From the NCBI GenBank assembly GCA_036172245.1, contig JAYWIR010000001.1, forward strand, positions 4,216,001-4,280,000: DNA of 64,000 bases. The letters run 5' to 3'. This DNA comes from Raillietiella orientalis (Eukaryota). Positions 50,073 through 62,814 of this stretch are shown here, one piece after another. The translations under genes and the position numbers were made by a program. Below the pieces are notes generated by a model. The model was given only the letters and a program-made list of their open reading frames with translations, ran no database searches and was not told the DNA's origin. Each line of letters begins with the position of its first letter. Position 1 is the stretch's first letter.

Positions 50073-53000
50073 ACGACTGTAATGAAGGGATAGCCATACG
50101 TGGAGAATCTCTGGAAGCCGTGATGCCTGTTACTGGTCCGAATGGTGCCATACTCTTGCCCAAGCACACCCAGTTCGCTTTCCGACGGAGCGCTCCCGCC
50201 TTGGGTCTGCCACTGCCTTCCGCAGCCGAGCTTCTACCCGGGTGCGGTAGGTAGTACTACTTCTCAAGGGTTTCCTGGAGAAGGGAGACCACCTGTGGAT
50301 CCCTTACTCCCCTCCACCCTCTGGCGGCTCCCCTGCGTTCCCGCTTCGCCCTCAAGGACCTGTCCGCGAGCTGCCGTTGAGCCATTGATCCCTGCTGCAG
50401 GGAAATTTTCTGAGGGAGGTCCGTGATCCCTACTGCTTGGACCACCAAAGATCTATCGCTCCAGCTTTCACGTGGGGACTTACACGCCGCATCGGAATAC
50501 TTACAGAGGTCCACAGACGCTCCTGTTCTCCCTGGACAGATGCACTGCGACACCTCCCCGAAACTGCCGGTTCGTTTGCCCGCGGAGCCACGTGCAATCG
50601 GAATGTACGAAGAGCGCATGCCCGGAGTACCATCCTGGCACGCGTTCTCTTCCGTACCTTCTCTGCGTCCTTTGGGGAAGTTTCCCGGTGGATGCACTAA
50701 ATCCGGGCTTCTCCCAAATGACGCTCCTGATGCTAACGATGCCTCCGGCGCTAATCCATCACCGATGCCAACGTATGATTAGCATAATAACAGTAATAAG
50801 GAAATCTGAAATCTGCGTTCCAATTTGATGTTTCAGCTCAAATCAAGTGGCACTGATTTCTTCCCAAAGACGCTGGAGACTCCAATTAGCATCACGTTTC
50901 TCCACCCTGAGACGGGCAGCGCAGAGTCCACCGATTTGGGTCCAGCATGACGGATTGTTCCAATTACGAGGATTTCTTCTTCTCCGTCGTCGTCTTCTTT
51001 TGCCCCTTTGCGCGTGAATTATTGCGTCCCCCGGCCGGAAGGAACGCTGATTCGCCCCGGCATCGTGACGGCCCGTTGAAACGACGCGGGCTGGTCCGAG
51101 CGGGAGCGCCGCCGCCATCTTTGAAGAAGCTGCAGAAGCTCCTCTCGGAAGCTTGCGGTTTTTCCCCGCAGCAGAGCGCAACTCCCAGCCCGGGGTGACG
51201 GGAGTGAACGGATTCTCTCTGGGAAGCACACTGATCGTAGCGCCCCGTCACTCCACCCACCCAAGGTGGGTCCATCATGAGAGAAAGGAGGTCCGCGACC
51301 ACGGAGGCTTTCTCACTCCTGGAACCACTTATCCCCACCTTACAGAGGCTGGTAAACGCTAAACACGGGCATCGAGGAACGCTTCGGACTCCTTCCCGTA
51401 GGCGACGTGCTGGAGCGATTTCCGCAGCCACCCTGCCTAATTTGCCGCGTCCCCCTGGCAACCAGCGAGAGTTTCCAGTGCTTCCTGGTAGATCCTTGTC
51501 GACAGAGCCTCAAAGCCTTTTCCTTTTGGGTTTTTATTTGGCCGTATCGCTCAGGTGGCGACAACGGGAAGGAAGGCAGGCAGCGCATTCAGGGCAAAGA
51601 AGGGCGCGCCGACCGATCCGAGGACGCGGATAGGTCCTCGGGGCAGCCGCTCTTGCGGCGATGCGGTCCGCCGCCTCGTGCCCTCCGGGTGCTTCGTCTC
51701 GTCGTCTGATCCGATTCCGTGCAGACGCTGGACGCCGCCTTCCTCCGGTGCTCGACCGGCGGACTCAGCCCCAGAAACCTCCGCTTAGATTTCTTCTTCT
51801 CTGTACCGGAGGCAGAGCGCATATCAACCCTCTCTCGGGGTGCTCCGTCCTTTCCCCCACGGGTGCATAGGCTCCCTGGAAGCTGCTCGCGACATCAGTC
51901 CGCGACCGGGACCTCGCTGACCCAAGGAGAACCCGCGAATCGCCGACAGGTCGTCCAGCCAGCCACCTGCTCCGCAGCCGGCCGTCTCCATGAAAAAGAC
52001 AACGGCGCGGCACCCCTGCAGCGTGGGCGTATCCGGCTCGGTCCTTCACTCGCGAGAGGGCGGCGCCACCCGTCACTGTCGCGGAAGAACACCGGGCGTC
52101 CGCCGAAGGTCACTGAGTATCCCAGGAGGCGGAGGCGACCACCCATCCCACCCTCCTGAGGCGCGCCTGTGTTCCCGTTTCGCCTTCCGAGGACCGAGGG
52201 GAATTCCTGAAGCTGCCATTGAGCCAGCGCGGGGTGCCACCGAATGACATGGAACGCGGACCGGTGCTTTCTGGAGACCCTTCTCGCTCGCCCCAACTCC
52301 ACCTTTCTTCCCGGGGCAGAGGCAATGGTCTCTTCCTCCAGGAGCGCCCATTCGATGGCCCCAAGGGACCTTTCGAGCGGTGGGACACGTCCAGGGTCGG
52401 GACCAGGTAGCATAGCGGTGGTCCTTGCCCCAAGAAAGGGGCTGAGCGAGCTGCCCTTCAGAAAGATAGAGTGCTCTCCCTTTGCGATGCCTTGCTGGTG
52501 GACCCACGGGGTACGCCGAGGCCCTCCACGAGAGCCATGCGTAGGCGGACCAGGGGCCTGGGAAGAAGGGAGGAAAGACTGGGAACATCGTAAACTCTCC
52601 AGGCGAGGAGGGGAAGGGAAGGGGGCAGCGCATCCTTTCGGGAGCATGGCAACATCCCTGGAGTCTCTCCGGAGGCGCCCAGCCCACTATCATGCGCTTG
52701 ATGCCCCTTCCAGCGGTCAAGGGGGGAGTGCCCTCCTCCTCTCGACCTCGTCCCCTTCCCAGGAGCCGCCTTGCGTGGGGTAGACGGTCCTTCGGGTGGG
52801 TTCCGTTGGTTTGTTCACTCTGAGTCAAGCGTGACCTCCTCACCTCTCTTTCGGAGCAAATTCTCGCTCAGGGGTAGCTGCGGGGGGGGGAGGGCTACCA
52901 GTTGGTCGCCAAGGAGACAAGAAATCGGGGAGCAGACCAGGAGGCAGCGGCATCCACCTGCGACCCTCCCTGTCGCTCGCGGACCTCCTTACCCCCATTC

Positions 53001-53835
53001 CCGGATGGTCTTCCCCCTTTCGGGGTTTCGAAAGAGAAAGGTCCTGCCAGCGGCGTTGGAATGACCCCCGAACGGCTTCCATGGGAAACGGAGCGCTTCG
53101 CAGGCGAGGGCATCCCAATCTGCTGGCTCTGCAGCCACCCTTTTTCCTCAGACGAGGGGCCGCGCCAGCCGGAGCTCGGAGCCCAAGGGCAGCCGCGGAC
53201 GGATCCCGGGAGAGGACGGGGTGCATCGAAGCAGCTGTGACCCGCAGAGGCGTTGTCTCCGCATCGCCGAGGTAACGCCCCTGCGCCCACAGTCCGCCTT
53301 TCGCTTACCCCCCCCCCCTCCAGCATGCCTTCCTGAAACTCAACCCTTTCGGGCTCCCTTCAGGATGCAAGACCCGGCTATCCTTGTGCGCGGGGGAGGC
53401 GCCCCTAATAACAAGGGGGGAAAGGTGGTTCGGTGATGGGGTGGACCCCTCCCCACTCCCCCCTTGCCTTTCTCCCCGGCAGTACTCTGACTTCCCCCCC
53501 TGGGGGTCGTGGACTCTGCTCTTCAAAAAGAGCAGGAGTGGTGGTGGGAGGCGCGCTCCCCCTTTCCTCCTCCTCCCGTCGTCAGGGAGACGCCCTCCTT
53601 TCCCCCCTCTCTCCCAACATGGGGAAGAGCGGGGAGCCTCCGGAACGGGGCGCGCTGCCCCTCTCCGCGAGATCCCGTCGGAAGGGTCGCTGGGAGAGGG
53701 CGCAGTCCATATCCGCAGCAGACCCTGGTCTGCGCGCGCGTGCCGGAAAGGTGCGTCCCGGGAGAAGCGCCGTGTCTCCGCCCCCGTTCCCACCCCTTCC
53801 CCGTTCCCACGAAAGAGGCCACGCGATGAGATTTC

Positions 53836-56800
53836 TCATGTCTTCTCCCTGAGGGCCCCACCCGGAGGAGCACCATCGCTGACGCCAGTGGCCTTCCTCT
53901 TGGCCCAGGGTAGGCGCGGGTGGGAGCCGCCAGCCCGAGCGGCGCACCGGGACTTCTGGAGGACGGGGGCGGCCACCCCGGGGAACCGCAGGCGCTCGTC
54001 TACACGGGACAGGGAGGGAACGGAGGGGCAGAGGTTGCCCACTGCGAGACCCTTGCCGGGTCGGGGCTCGCCGGGGCCTCGGCAGTCCACGTCCGCCCGG
54101 GAGGGCGGTGTCCAGGAGACCCCGGCGGAGGGGGCGTCCCGGGAGCGCCCGTCCCCGTCGCCGCGGCGGTCGCCTCCTCCGGGGGCGGGAGGGGGGAGGA
54201 GGAGCTTGGAGAGGGGCAGGGCGAGCCCCAGGTCGGTCCTGCGGCCCTCCCCGAGGTCGACGGGTCTCCGGTGGGGAGGAGGAGGACCCCTCGCGGCGAC
54301 GGGATCCTGGACGGCGCCGGTGCCCGCGACCAGGGTGAAAGGGTCGAGGCCGGAGGGGGCGTCGACCCTCCCCGGCTGCTGCTGCTCGGGGGCGCGAGGG
54401 GGCGGCGGCCGCCCCGCGGCGGCCCTCGCCTCGGGGTGTCTTCGCACCGTGGACTGCCCTCCGCCCTCGACCCACTCGGCGAGGGAGCTGGCGCTGCTGG
54501 AGCTGTCTCGGCGTCGGCAGGGGTGTGGGGGCGTCCCTGGGGACTCTTCCCGCGGGGGGGCGGGCGGAAGGCGCCCCGTCGACCTGCCTGGGAGCTGCGG
54601 CGGTGGCGGTGCCACCGGAGGGGCGTGGTGGCGGCAGCCGGCAGTCTCCGCCGGGCTGGGGGTGAACCTGGCGCTCTGACCCTCCGTCTTCGTGGAGGTA
54701 CGCCCATCGGGCTCGCCCCGAAGACGCGGGGCCTCGTCCTGCAGGGAATCCAGGCTGCCTGAAGAGGAGGAGGGGGAAGGGGAGGACGAGGAGGAGGAGG
54801 ACGAGGAAGACCCGGGGGACTCCTCGCAGCAGTTGCGCGTCTCTGGGGACGGGGTGAGCGGTTTCCGTGGTAACCGGGGAGACTCACCGGCGATGGCCGC
54901 CATCGCCTGCGCTGCCAACTGAATGCTTCGGCGTGACGCGTGGCACCCCACGCGTAGGCGCACCTCGTGCTTGCCCACCTCGGCCAGGTCGAACCCTGAG
55001 GGGCAAGAGGGGTGAGGGGTGGGGTGGGGATGAGGGGGGAGGGCTCCTCTCACCCAGGGACGCCAGGAGCTCGTGGCAGCCCGGGACCTGCCACAGGCGG
55101 ACGCTCAGCGGCACACAGTCGGCGGCGGAGGCGGCGACCTCCCTCAGGGCGCCGGCGACCTCGTCAGTGGCGGCGGCGTGCGGCAGCAGTGCCGATAGGG
55201 CCTTCCACGCGTCCGGAGGCAGCGCTAGGAAGTGCAGGGGAGGAAGGGGTGGAGGTCAGCTGGTGGCCGGGAAGGGGGCAGCAGCTCAGCTCACCGAGAA
55301 GGGCCTGGATGCAGGTGCTGCAGCGTGCGAGCCGACCCCCCGGGTCGGCCCGGGGAAAGAAGACGGATGCCGGGACGCCCTCGGAGGGCGCCTCGAAGCG
55401 GAAGCCGACCGCCGCCAGCAGCTCTCGCCACCCTGGCAGCGCGCCGCCGGCCTTGTTCTCCACCGATCGCTGCGTGGTGTACATGGCGTTCCGGTGTCCG
55501 CGGCGCATACGCTGCAGCGCCTTCTCCGCCTGCGACGATGGGGTGAAGAGGAAGGGGGCGTAAAGAGGGGGAAGGGTAAGCTGGGGATCTCCCTCCTACC
55601 AGGTGCAGCACCACACGCAGGGCATCCCGGCAGCGGTCGTGGGAGGCTAGGAGGTCCCGCAGGCCGCGGGTCACGAGGGATGCCCTCTTGCTCAGGCGGA
55701 CGTCACTGGAGCCCACCAGCAGGAAGCCTCCCCAGTGGGCCGGGTGGGCGAGACTGCTCTGGACGGCGAGCATGGCGTCCGACAGCGCCCGGCTGGCGCG
55801 CATTCCCTGGAAGAGGGGGGGGCTCGTCGTCCTCGAAGGAGCTCACGCCCGTCCCTCTTTACCTGCAGTAGCGACGCGTAGAAGGTCCTCGTGAAGACGC
55901 CCAGGGAGTCCGCGGCTTCCGGGAGGGGCCACAGGCGCAGGAGGATGCAGCGGGCTCCCGAGGAGAGCAGAGCCCCCACCAGGCTGGCGACGGCACTTGG
56001 TTCAGGGGGCGGCTCGTCACCCGCGGGGCTGACCACGACCAGCTTGGCGCGCAAGCGCAGGCTCGCCAGCTCCTCCGCGGTCAGGAGCAGGTCGGGTTCT
56101 GCTGCAGACCCGCCCAGGATGAGGGCCGTGTGTTCCCAGGACACGTGGACGGCGAGGTGCACGCAGTCCGCCTGAGGCAGCCTTGCCAGGACCTCTTTCT
56201 TGCAGGCCCGGGGCCCCAGCAGGGGTTCCGCCCGCAGGGCTTCGGCCGCCAGGAGGGCTTCGTGCTCAGCCCGGGGCGCGTCGCTCCACCGCTGCGTCCT
56301 AGGCCCGGGGGCCGGGAGGGGGTTGCCCACCACGAGGATCGCAGAGTCCTCCGCCAGATGGCGGCCCCTGGGGCGCCCCTCGGGAGTGGCGGGGCAGAGC
56401 CCGGGCAAGATGAGGAGGTCAAAAAGCTCGCAAAGGTGCGCGGTACCGGGGCCCCTGCAGAGGGTCGGGAAGGGAACCGTCAGGAGGTCGGCGTCCAGGA
56501 CGAGGGCGAGGTCGCGACCGACCCCCTCCCCAAGGAGGTGCTCCTCCATGGGGGCGATAAGCAGGGAGTAGAGGTCGTGGACGTGGGGACAGCTCTCCCA
56601 GGCGGGGCTGCGTCGGATCTCGTTCGCGCCGCCGCCGCCGCTGCACACGCTGGCGCTGGTGACGCTGCCCAGGCTGCAAAGGAGAGAAGGAGGATGAGGA
56701 AAGGGGAGGGTGTCAACCCACCTGAAGAGGCTGCTCAGGCTGAAGCTGCTGCTGTTGAGTACGTTGGAACGGCTGACCATCCTCAGGAACTGCACGCGGT

Positions 56801-59800
56801 CCGGGTCGCCACCGGGGTCGTCCGCGGAGGCGGCAGCGTGAGCCACCGCCGATGTATCGGGCTCTGCTGGGTCGCAGAACCCTCCCTCGCTGCGGACGAG
56901 AAGTGGTGGAGAGGAGGGTCCGCCGGCGATGCTCCGGCCATCCCTACCTGACTGGAGGGTCGTCCGGGTCCGCACCCAGGGACTCGCGCATACGCCGGAC
57001 GCACTCGGCAAAGAAGGTGCCCCCCGGAGACTCTGCAGCGGCGGAGGCGGACGCTTCTGCCGCGGCGGCTCCACCCGGCCCTTCTAGGCGCGCCTCGTGG
57101 AACTTGACGACACCTGGAGATGGCAGTCAGAGGTCGGCGTTCCCGTCCACCTCCCCCCGTTCCGGCGCGACCTTTTCCTCGCATGATCAGCCAGCTGTGC
57201 AGGTAGCCGCAGGCGACGCTGTAGAACAGCACGTTCGAGCGCCGCCCGGAAGCTGCCTCCAGAAGCTCTTCCAGAGAGGACGGGAACCCGTGGTTCTCCT
57301 CCACGCGGGAGCAGCCCGGGTCCCCGGGAGACAACACCCACGCGCTGCGGGCGCGCGCGCGCTCGGCCACCAGCAGTGCCTCCTCCACCTCCTTGAGCTC
57401 TACCAGCACCCTCTGGGGGAAAAGGGGATGGAAAATAGTGGCCCTGGAGGGTGGTGGTGCTCCACTCACCTGCAGGCTGCGGTAGCACGAGATCTGTACC
57501 GTCGACAGCGCCACCTGCACGCCACGGGGCAGGCGGCAGCTCACCAGCTCCCACTGCAGCAGCTGGGCGGCCCTGCGCAGGTGACCTGAGGCTTCCTCGA
57601 GGCGCCCGAAGCTCCAAGCGACGATCCCCAGCCGGTGCCGGATCTTGGCCTCCCAGTCTCTCTTGCCCAAGGCCTCGGCCAGCTTCAGCCCCTCGCCCAG
57701 GCGCAGTACGCTCTGGTCCGCGTCGCCAAGGGACAGGTGGGCGGAGCCTGGGACAGCGGCGGTAATGAACAAAGCTCTGATCCCCCTCCCCCACCCGCGC
57801 CGTCCCCTCCCTACCGAGGTTGTAGTCGGCGGACATCTGCGCCAGCTTGTCGCCCAGAGCCTGAGCCGCTTGCAGATGCTGCGCGCCGTACCGGAGAGCC
57901 TCCTCGAAGTTCCCGACGCTCTGGAAGAGGACGCTGAGGTTGCCGAGCGCCCTCGTCTTCGCCGCCAGGCTGTTGGTCTCCTTGGAGATCTCGAGATCCA
58001 TCTGGTGGTAGTGCAGCGCCTTCGCTGCATCCTTCATCTGCTGGTACGCCACCCCCATGCCGGACAGGGAGTCGGCCTCGAGGAGGCGGTCGCCAGTCTC
58101 CCTGGTAGACGAGAAGAGAGGAAGGCACGCTCGCCCCACCTCCCCGAGAGCCAGCAGCGGCCCCACCTGTTGATGTCCAGCTGGCGCTGAAGGCACGAGA
58201 GCGCCTGCTCGTGGTCGGCGAGCGCGTTGTGGATGTCGCCCAGGTCGCCGTAAGCGGACGCCTTCGCCTGGGGGCTGCCGAGCTCATGAGCCGCGACCAG
58301 GGCCTTCTCGAAGCACACCTGGAGGCGGGGCCGAGCAGTGATTTGGAAAGAGGGAAGTCAAGGGCTCACCAGAGCCTCCGGGTAATTGTTGAGCGATCGG
58401 TGGCAGCGACCCAGCTTGCGGTACGCCTTGTGCTCGTCGGCAGGGCTCCTGACCTTCAGGACGGTGCTCAGGCAGCTCTCGTAGCACCTGAGGCAGTCAT
58501 TCGCATCGCCGAGGCCGTCGTAGCAGTCCCCGAGTTGGTCCAGGCAGCGTCCCTTCTCCAGGAGATGAGGGCGGTCGTCGAACCGCTCCAGAAAGGCCAG
58601 CTGCTGCTCCAGGCACGCGATGGCTTCCTCGTAGTGCCCCAGGCTCCTGTGGGCCGCACCGAGGTTCCCGTGGGCCCGCGCCTCCAGGGCAGCGTCTCCG
58701 AGCTCTCTGGCCCGCTCCAGCTGCTCCTGGTAGCACTTTAGGGCACCCGTGTAGTTCTTCAGGGACATGTGAACCGCGCCCAGGTGCCCGTGGGCCTCGC
58801 ACTCGCCCCTGACGTCGTTCATTTCCTGTCTGAGCGTCAGCTCCTGCAGAGGAAGGGACGGCTGGAGGGGCAAGGAAGGGACCGCCTTTCCCCCGTTCTC
58901 ACCTGCGTGTGGGAGGCGAGAGCCTTGTCCAGGCACCTGGCCTGGCGGTGGACGGCCCCCAGGGTCGAGTAAGCGGCCGCCTCCATGGACTGGTCGTTGC
59001 TTTGCTTGGCCATGGCCAGCTGCTTCTGGTACACTTCCACTGCCTCCTTGCTGTCCCCCATCTTTGCCATGACGTCGCCGATGTTGCCCAGGGCGCGGAA
59101 CACGCCCTGCGAGTGCTTCATCGCCCTGGCGACGCTCAGGAACTGCTTCTGGCACTCCAGGGCGCTCTCGTAGTTGCCCAGTGCCGCGTGGGCCAGACCC
59201 AGGTTGCAGTATGCCCTGCCCGTGCCGCTCTTGTCCTGGAGGTCCTTCGCGAGCGCCAGGTCCTGGTCGTAGTAGCGGACGGCCTCCTTGAAGTTGCCCA
59301 GGCAGTAGTGGGCGTAACCCAGCAGGTGGCAGGCCTTGGCCTCCCCCTCGACGTCCTGCAGTTCCTGCGCCAGCATGAGGTAGTTCTCGTAATAGGGCAC
59401 GGCCAGGGGGAAGTCCCCCCGCGAGCTGTGGCAGTTGCCGAGGTTGAGCAGGGCGCACGCCTCTCCTGCGGCGTCGCGCAGCTCCTGCGCGATGCGCAGG
59501 TGGCTGCGGTAGTGCCGCAGGGCAGTGTCGAACGCGCCCAGGGCCTGGTAGGACACGGCCAGGTTCCCGTGCGTGGCCGCCTCGGCGTTGCGGTCGCGGA
59601 ACTCCCGGGAAATGGAGAGCTCCTTCTTGTGGAAGCGCACGGCCTCCTCGTAGCGGCTCATGGCGCTGCACGCGTTGCCCACGTTGCCGCACGCCCTCCC
59701 CATGCCGGGCCTGTCGCGCAGCGCCTGCGCGATGCGCAGGTGTGCCTGGTGCAGCTTCAGCGCCGCCTCGTGCCGGCCCATGAGCTGGTAGACGATCCCC

Positions 59801-62800
59801 AGGTTCGAGCAGGCGCGCCCCTCCGCCATTCTGTCCTTCGTCTCCAGGGCCACCTGCAGCTGCTTCTCATGCCACTTCCGCGACTGCGCGTAGTCTCCCA
59901 GGCAGCGGTAGGCATGCCCTAGCCCGGCGTAGGCTCGCGCCTCGATGGCGCGGTCGCCCAGCTCGCGCGCGATCGACAGCACGCGTTCATGGAAGGCGAT
60001 GGCCTGGTCGAAGCTGCGCCGGGAGTGGTGGGCAGAGCCCAGGTTGCTGTACGCCCGCGCCTCCTCGCCGTGGTCGCCCAGCCGCTTGGCGATGCGCAGG
60101 TGCTCCGCGTGACATTCCATAGCGTTCTCAAAGTCCCCCATGGCCTGGTACACGGTGCCGCAGCTGCCCATCTCTCGCGCCTCCTGCAGAGCTTCACCCA
60201 TTTCCCGGAGAAGCTCCACGCACTGCTTGTGAGATTCCAGGGAGCTGGAAAAGTCGCCCACAGCCGCGTACACGTGGCCTGGCGGGGTAAAGGAGGAGAA
60301 GAAGGTAGCGCGGAGAAGGGGAGGTCTCTCTCTCACCCAGGCTGGTCAGCGCCGCGCAGGAGCTGTAGCTGTCCTTGCACTTGAGCGCCAGCATCAGCTG
60401 GTAGCGGTGCGATGCCAGCGCCTCCTTGAAGTTCCCCTTGCTGAAGAAGGCGGATCCCAAATTCCCGTAGGCCCGACACTCCCCCGCGATGTCCCCGATG
60501 GACTTGGCAACCCCGAGGTCCTGGTGCATGTAGTGCAGAGCCTAAGGGAAAGGGAGGTCTGATGGATCCCCACCCCTGGCGCATCCCGCGCTCCCGGGAG
60601 CCCGACCAGAGGGGTCACCCTCGAGGCTCACCTTGTCCACCTGGTTGAGGGCCCAGAAGGCCGAGGACAGGGCCGAGAAGACGGAACCGCGCAGCTTCAG
60701 GTTGTCTGTGCCGATCTTCAGCGCCGACTCGAGGACGGCGGCCGCCGCTGCGTGCTCGCCCTGCGCCAGCAGCTCCTGCCCGACGACCGAGCAGACCACG
60801 AACGGCGACCCGTCCATGTCCATGGCCCGGAGCTGCCGGTACACCGGTTCCAGGGACTCTGGAGGAGAGGCGGAACCTCGCCAGTCGCCAGTCGCCGGTG
60901 GCAGGGTGGCTCTGCTCACGTTTCAGGGTCGGCGACTTCAGCGAGGTCTCTGTCAGCCCGTCGAGAAGCCGGGAGCAGCCGGGGTCCAGAGCCAGGCCGG
61001 CGCTAAAGGCGACGAGCGAGTCGACGTGCCTCCCCAGGTACTGCAGCGCCACCCCTTGCCGGTAGAAGCTCTGGAGGGGCAGAGGAGGGTGGGGGAGAGC
61101 AGGCGGGTAGTAACAACGGCAAACGCCTCCAAAGGCAGCGCAGGTGGCGCGCGCGCTCCTCCAACAAAAAAAAGAGAGCGGAGGAGCTCCACTGCCCCAG
61201 GTCCAACCATGACGGATGCCCAGCTTTGCCGCTCACCCCTGGCGGCGCTTCAAATCCGAGTCCTCATCCTGCAGCTCCCGCATTCGCCTTCCCATCTCGT
61301 TCTCCTCCCTTTTCGTTTCCGGCACCCACACCCTCGCACACGCCACACTCCCGCCCGCTTCCCAGCGTGCCGACCCATCCCTGCTCCGGCCTCGCCTGAC
61401 CTCATCCCGCACGCGTCCATCGCCGCCACACTGCATCCTCCGCAGGACCCTTCTCCCGTCGTTTCCTACTCCTCCAGAACGCTCCCTGCGGACGACCCAC
61501 GAGATCGCGCGCCAGGGCGTCGGAGCCCTCACCCCCTTCCCTCCCCGAGGACGCGGCCTCGCCCCCGGGACGGGACAGGAGGGAGGAAGATCCGCACTCC
61601 GGCCTCAGCGACGCGCCTGCGGCTCTCCCGCGAGGGTGGGAGTTGCGCGGCGCACCCGCGAGCGGAGCCGCCGCAGGCGACGGGCGGAGGCCGCGGCGGG
61701 GAGCCGCGAGCCAGGTCCAGGTCGAGCGCGCGCGCGCACCCTTAGGGGACGGGGTGGGGGGAGACGGCCGCCGACGCCTACCTTCGGCCAGAGCGGGCTG
61801 AGCTCCTCGCATCGGACGGCGTCCTGCAGGGCGCGTTGGTACTGCCCGGCTTTGATGAGGGCTGCGGACCGGTTGCTGTAGAGCACGTGGTTGCCGGGAT
61901 CCATGGCGATGGCCTGTGTGTACAGGGTGATGGCCTGGTCGAAGGCGCCGCCCTCGCACGCCCGGTTGGAGCGCGCGACGAGGTCGAGCAGCGCCCGCCG
62001 GTTCTCTTCCTGCCGCTGCGGATCATCACCTCCTGCCTGGAAGGCGAGGAGGAGCACTGCTAGAGTGCGGAGGCGGAGGGCTTCAAAGGACACCACCCGA
62101 AGGGGGGTAGGGCACCGCTGCGACCCCACCTTCTCCTCGATATCCTCGGGTCGTCGCGCGCACGTGCGAGGTCCCTGGTCCTCCCGCCGTTGCCGTGGGA
62201 GCGGAGGAACAGCCGCCAGAGGCGCCCGGCCACGAGGACCAGAGAGTCTTCGGCCCCTCTCTTGCCGCAGAGGGCAGTCCGGAGGTTGAGCAGCAGCAGG
62301 TGAGAGAGGGCGCCGGCGACGCGCCGCTAAGCGCCCACCTGTGGCAAGTCCCGAGCTGCCACGGGCTCCTGGCGTCCCCCTAAGACCCTCCCAGCCCGCA
62401 CGACTGACCCCTCGCCCCCGCAAGGTTCGAGCTGGCCCAGGTGGGCGAACACAAGGTGCGCCTGCGCGTGGAGCTTCTCTCTCCGCTGCCAGGGAACCGC
62501 GCGCGCGCGCGCGCAACCCACAGCAGCGGTTGAGGTCGCCGCTCGACGGGGGGTTTCGAAGGCCACTGCGGCCGCTGCCGCCTCGATGGAGAGGACTGCA
62601 GCCCGGGGCGACCGGACACTCCAGAGTCCGCGCGCGGCGTTTCGCCTGTCACCTTCCTCCTGGAGCACCCGGGGGAAGGGAGGTGACGTCGAACGCGCGC
62701 GAGAGAGTGCCGGAGGCTGGCGGCTCGGCGGGAGTGGCGCGGGGAAAGTCGGGAGATCGAGGGGCAGGAGAGGGCGGTACTCACCGGAGGAGGCGACGAT

Positions 62801-62814
62801 GTGCCCTCCAGCAT
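53836..62814 (-). CDS. TTC28: Tetratricopeptide repeat protein 28 (TPR array plus CHAT-like domain), about 19 exons
   Basis: Exons: 62814-62785, 62036-61782, 61070-60920, 60858-60632, 60541-60337, 60278-58903, 58843-58370, 58318-58167, 58101-57815, 57747-57470, 57412-57172, 57113-56948, 56889-56722, 56673-55863, 55806-55600, 55529-55295, 55224-55054, 54995-54888, 54842-53836. Diagnostic peptides: YRQGVALQYLGRH, LKLRGSVFSALSSA, ECRAYGNLGSAFFSKGN, RNAMYTTQRSVENK. The start exon and C-terminus are less certain. Confidence 0.95.

Noticed and set aside
50800-53800. Additional gene downstream of TTC28
   Set aside because: No recognisable peptide or consistent exon chain. It is more likely GC-rich 3' UTR or intergenic DNA (minus-strand AATAAA near 51535).
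55863-60278. TPR plus CHAT as a prokaryotic caspase-like or CRISPR-associated defence system
   Set aside because: Spliceosomal introns and a clear TTC28 match; no CRISPR array or operon is present.
53384-61881. Many long plus-strand and off-frame ORFs over TTC28
   Set aside because: They are shadow ORFs from extreme GC content, give low-complexity R/P/G/A peptides, and are explained by the spliced minus-strand gene.
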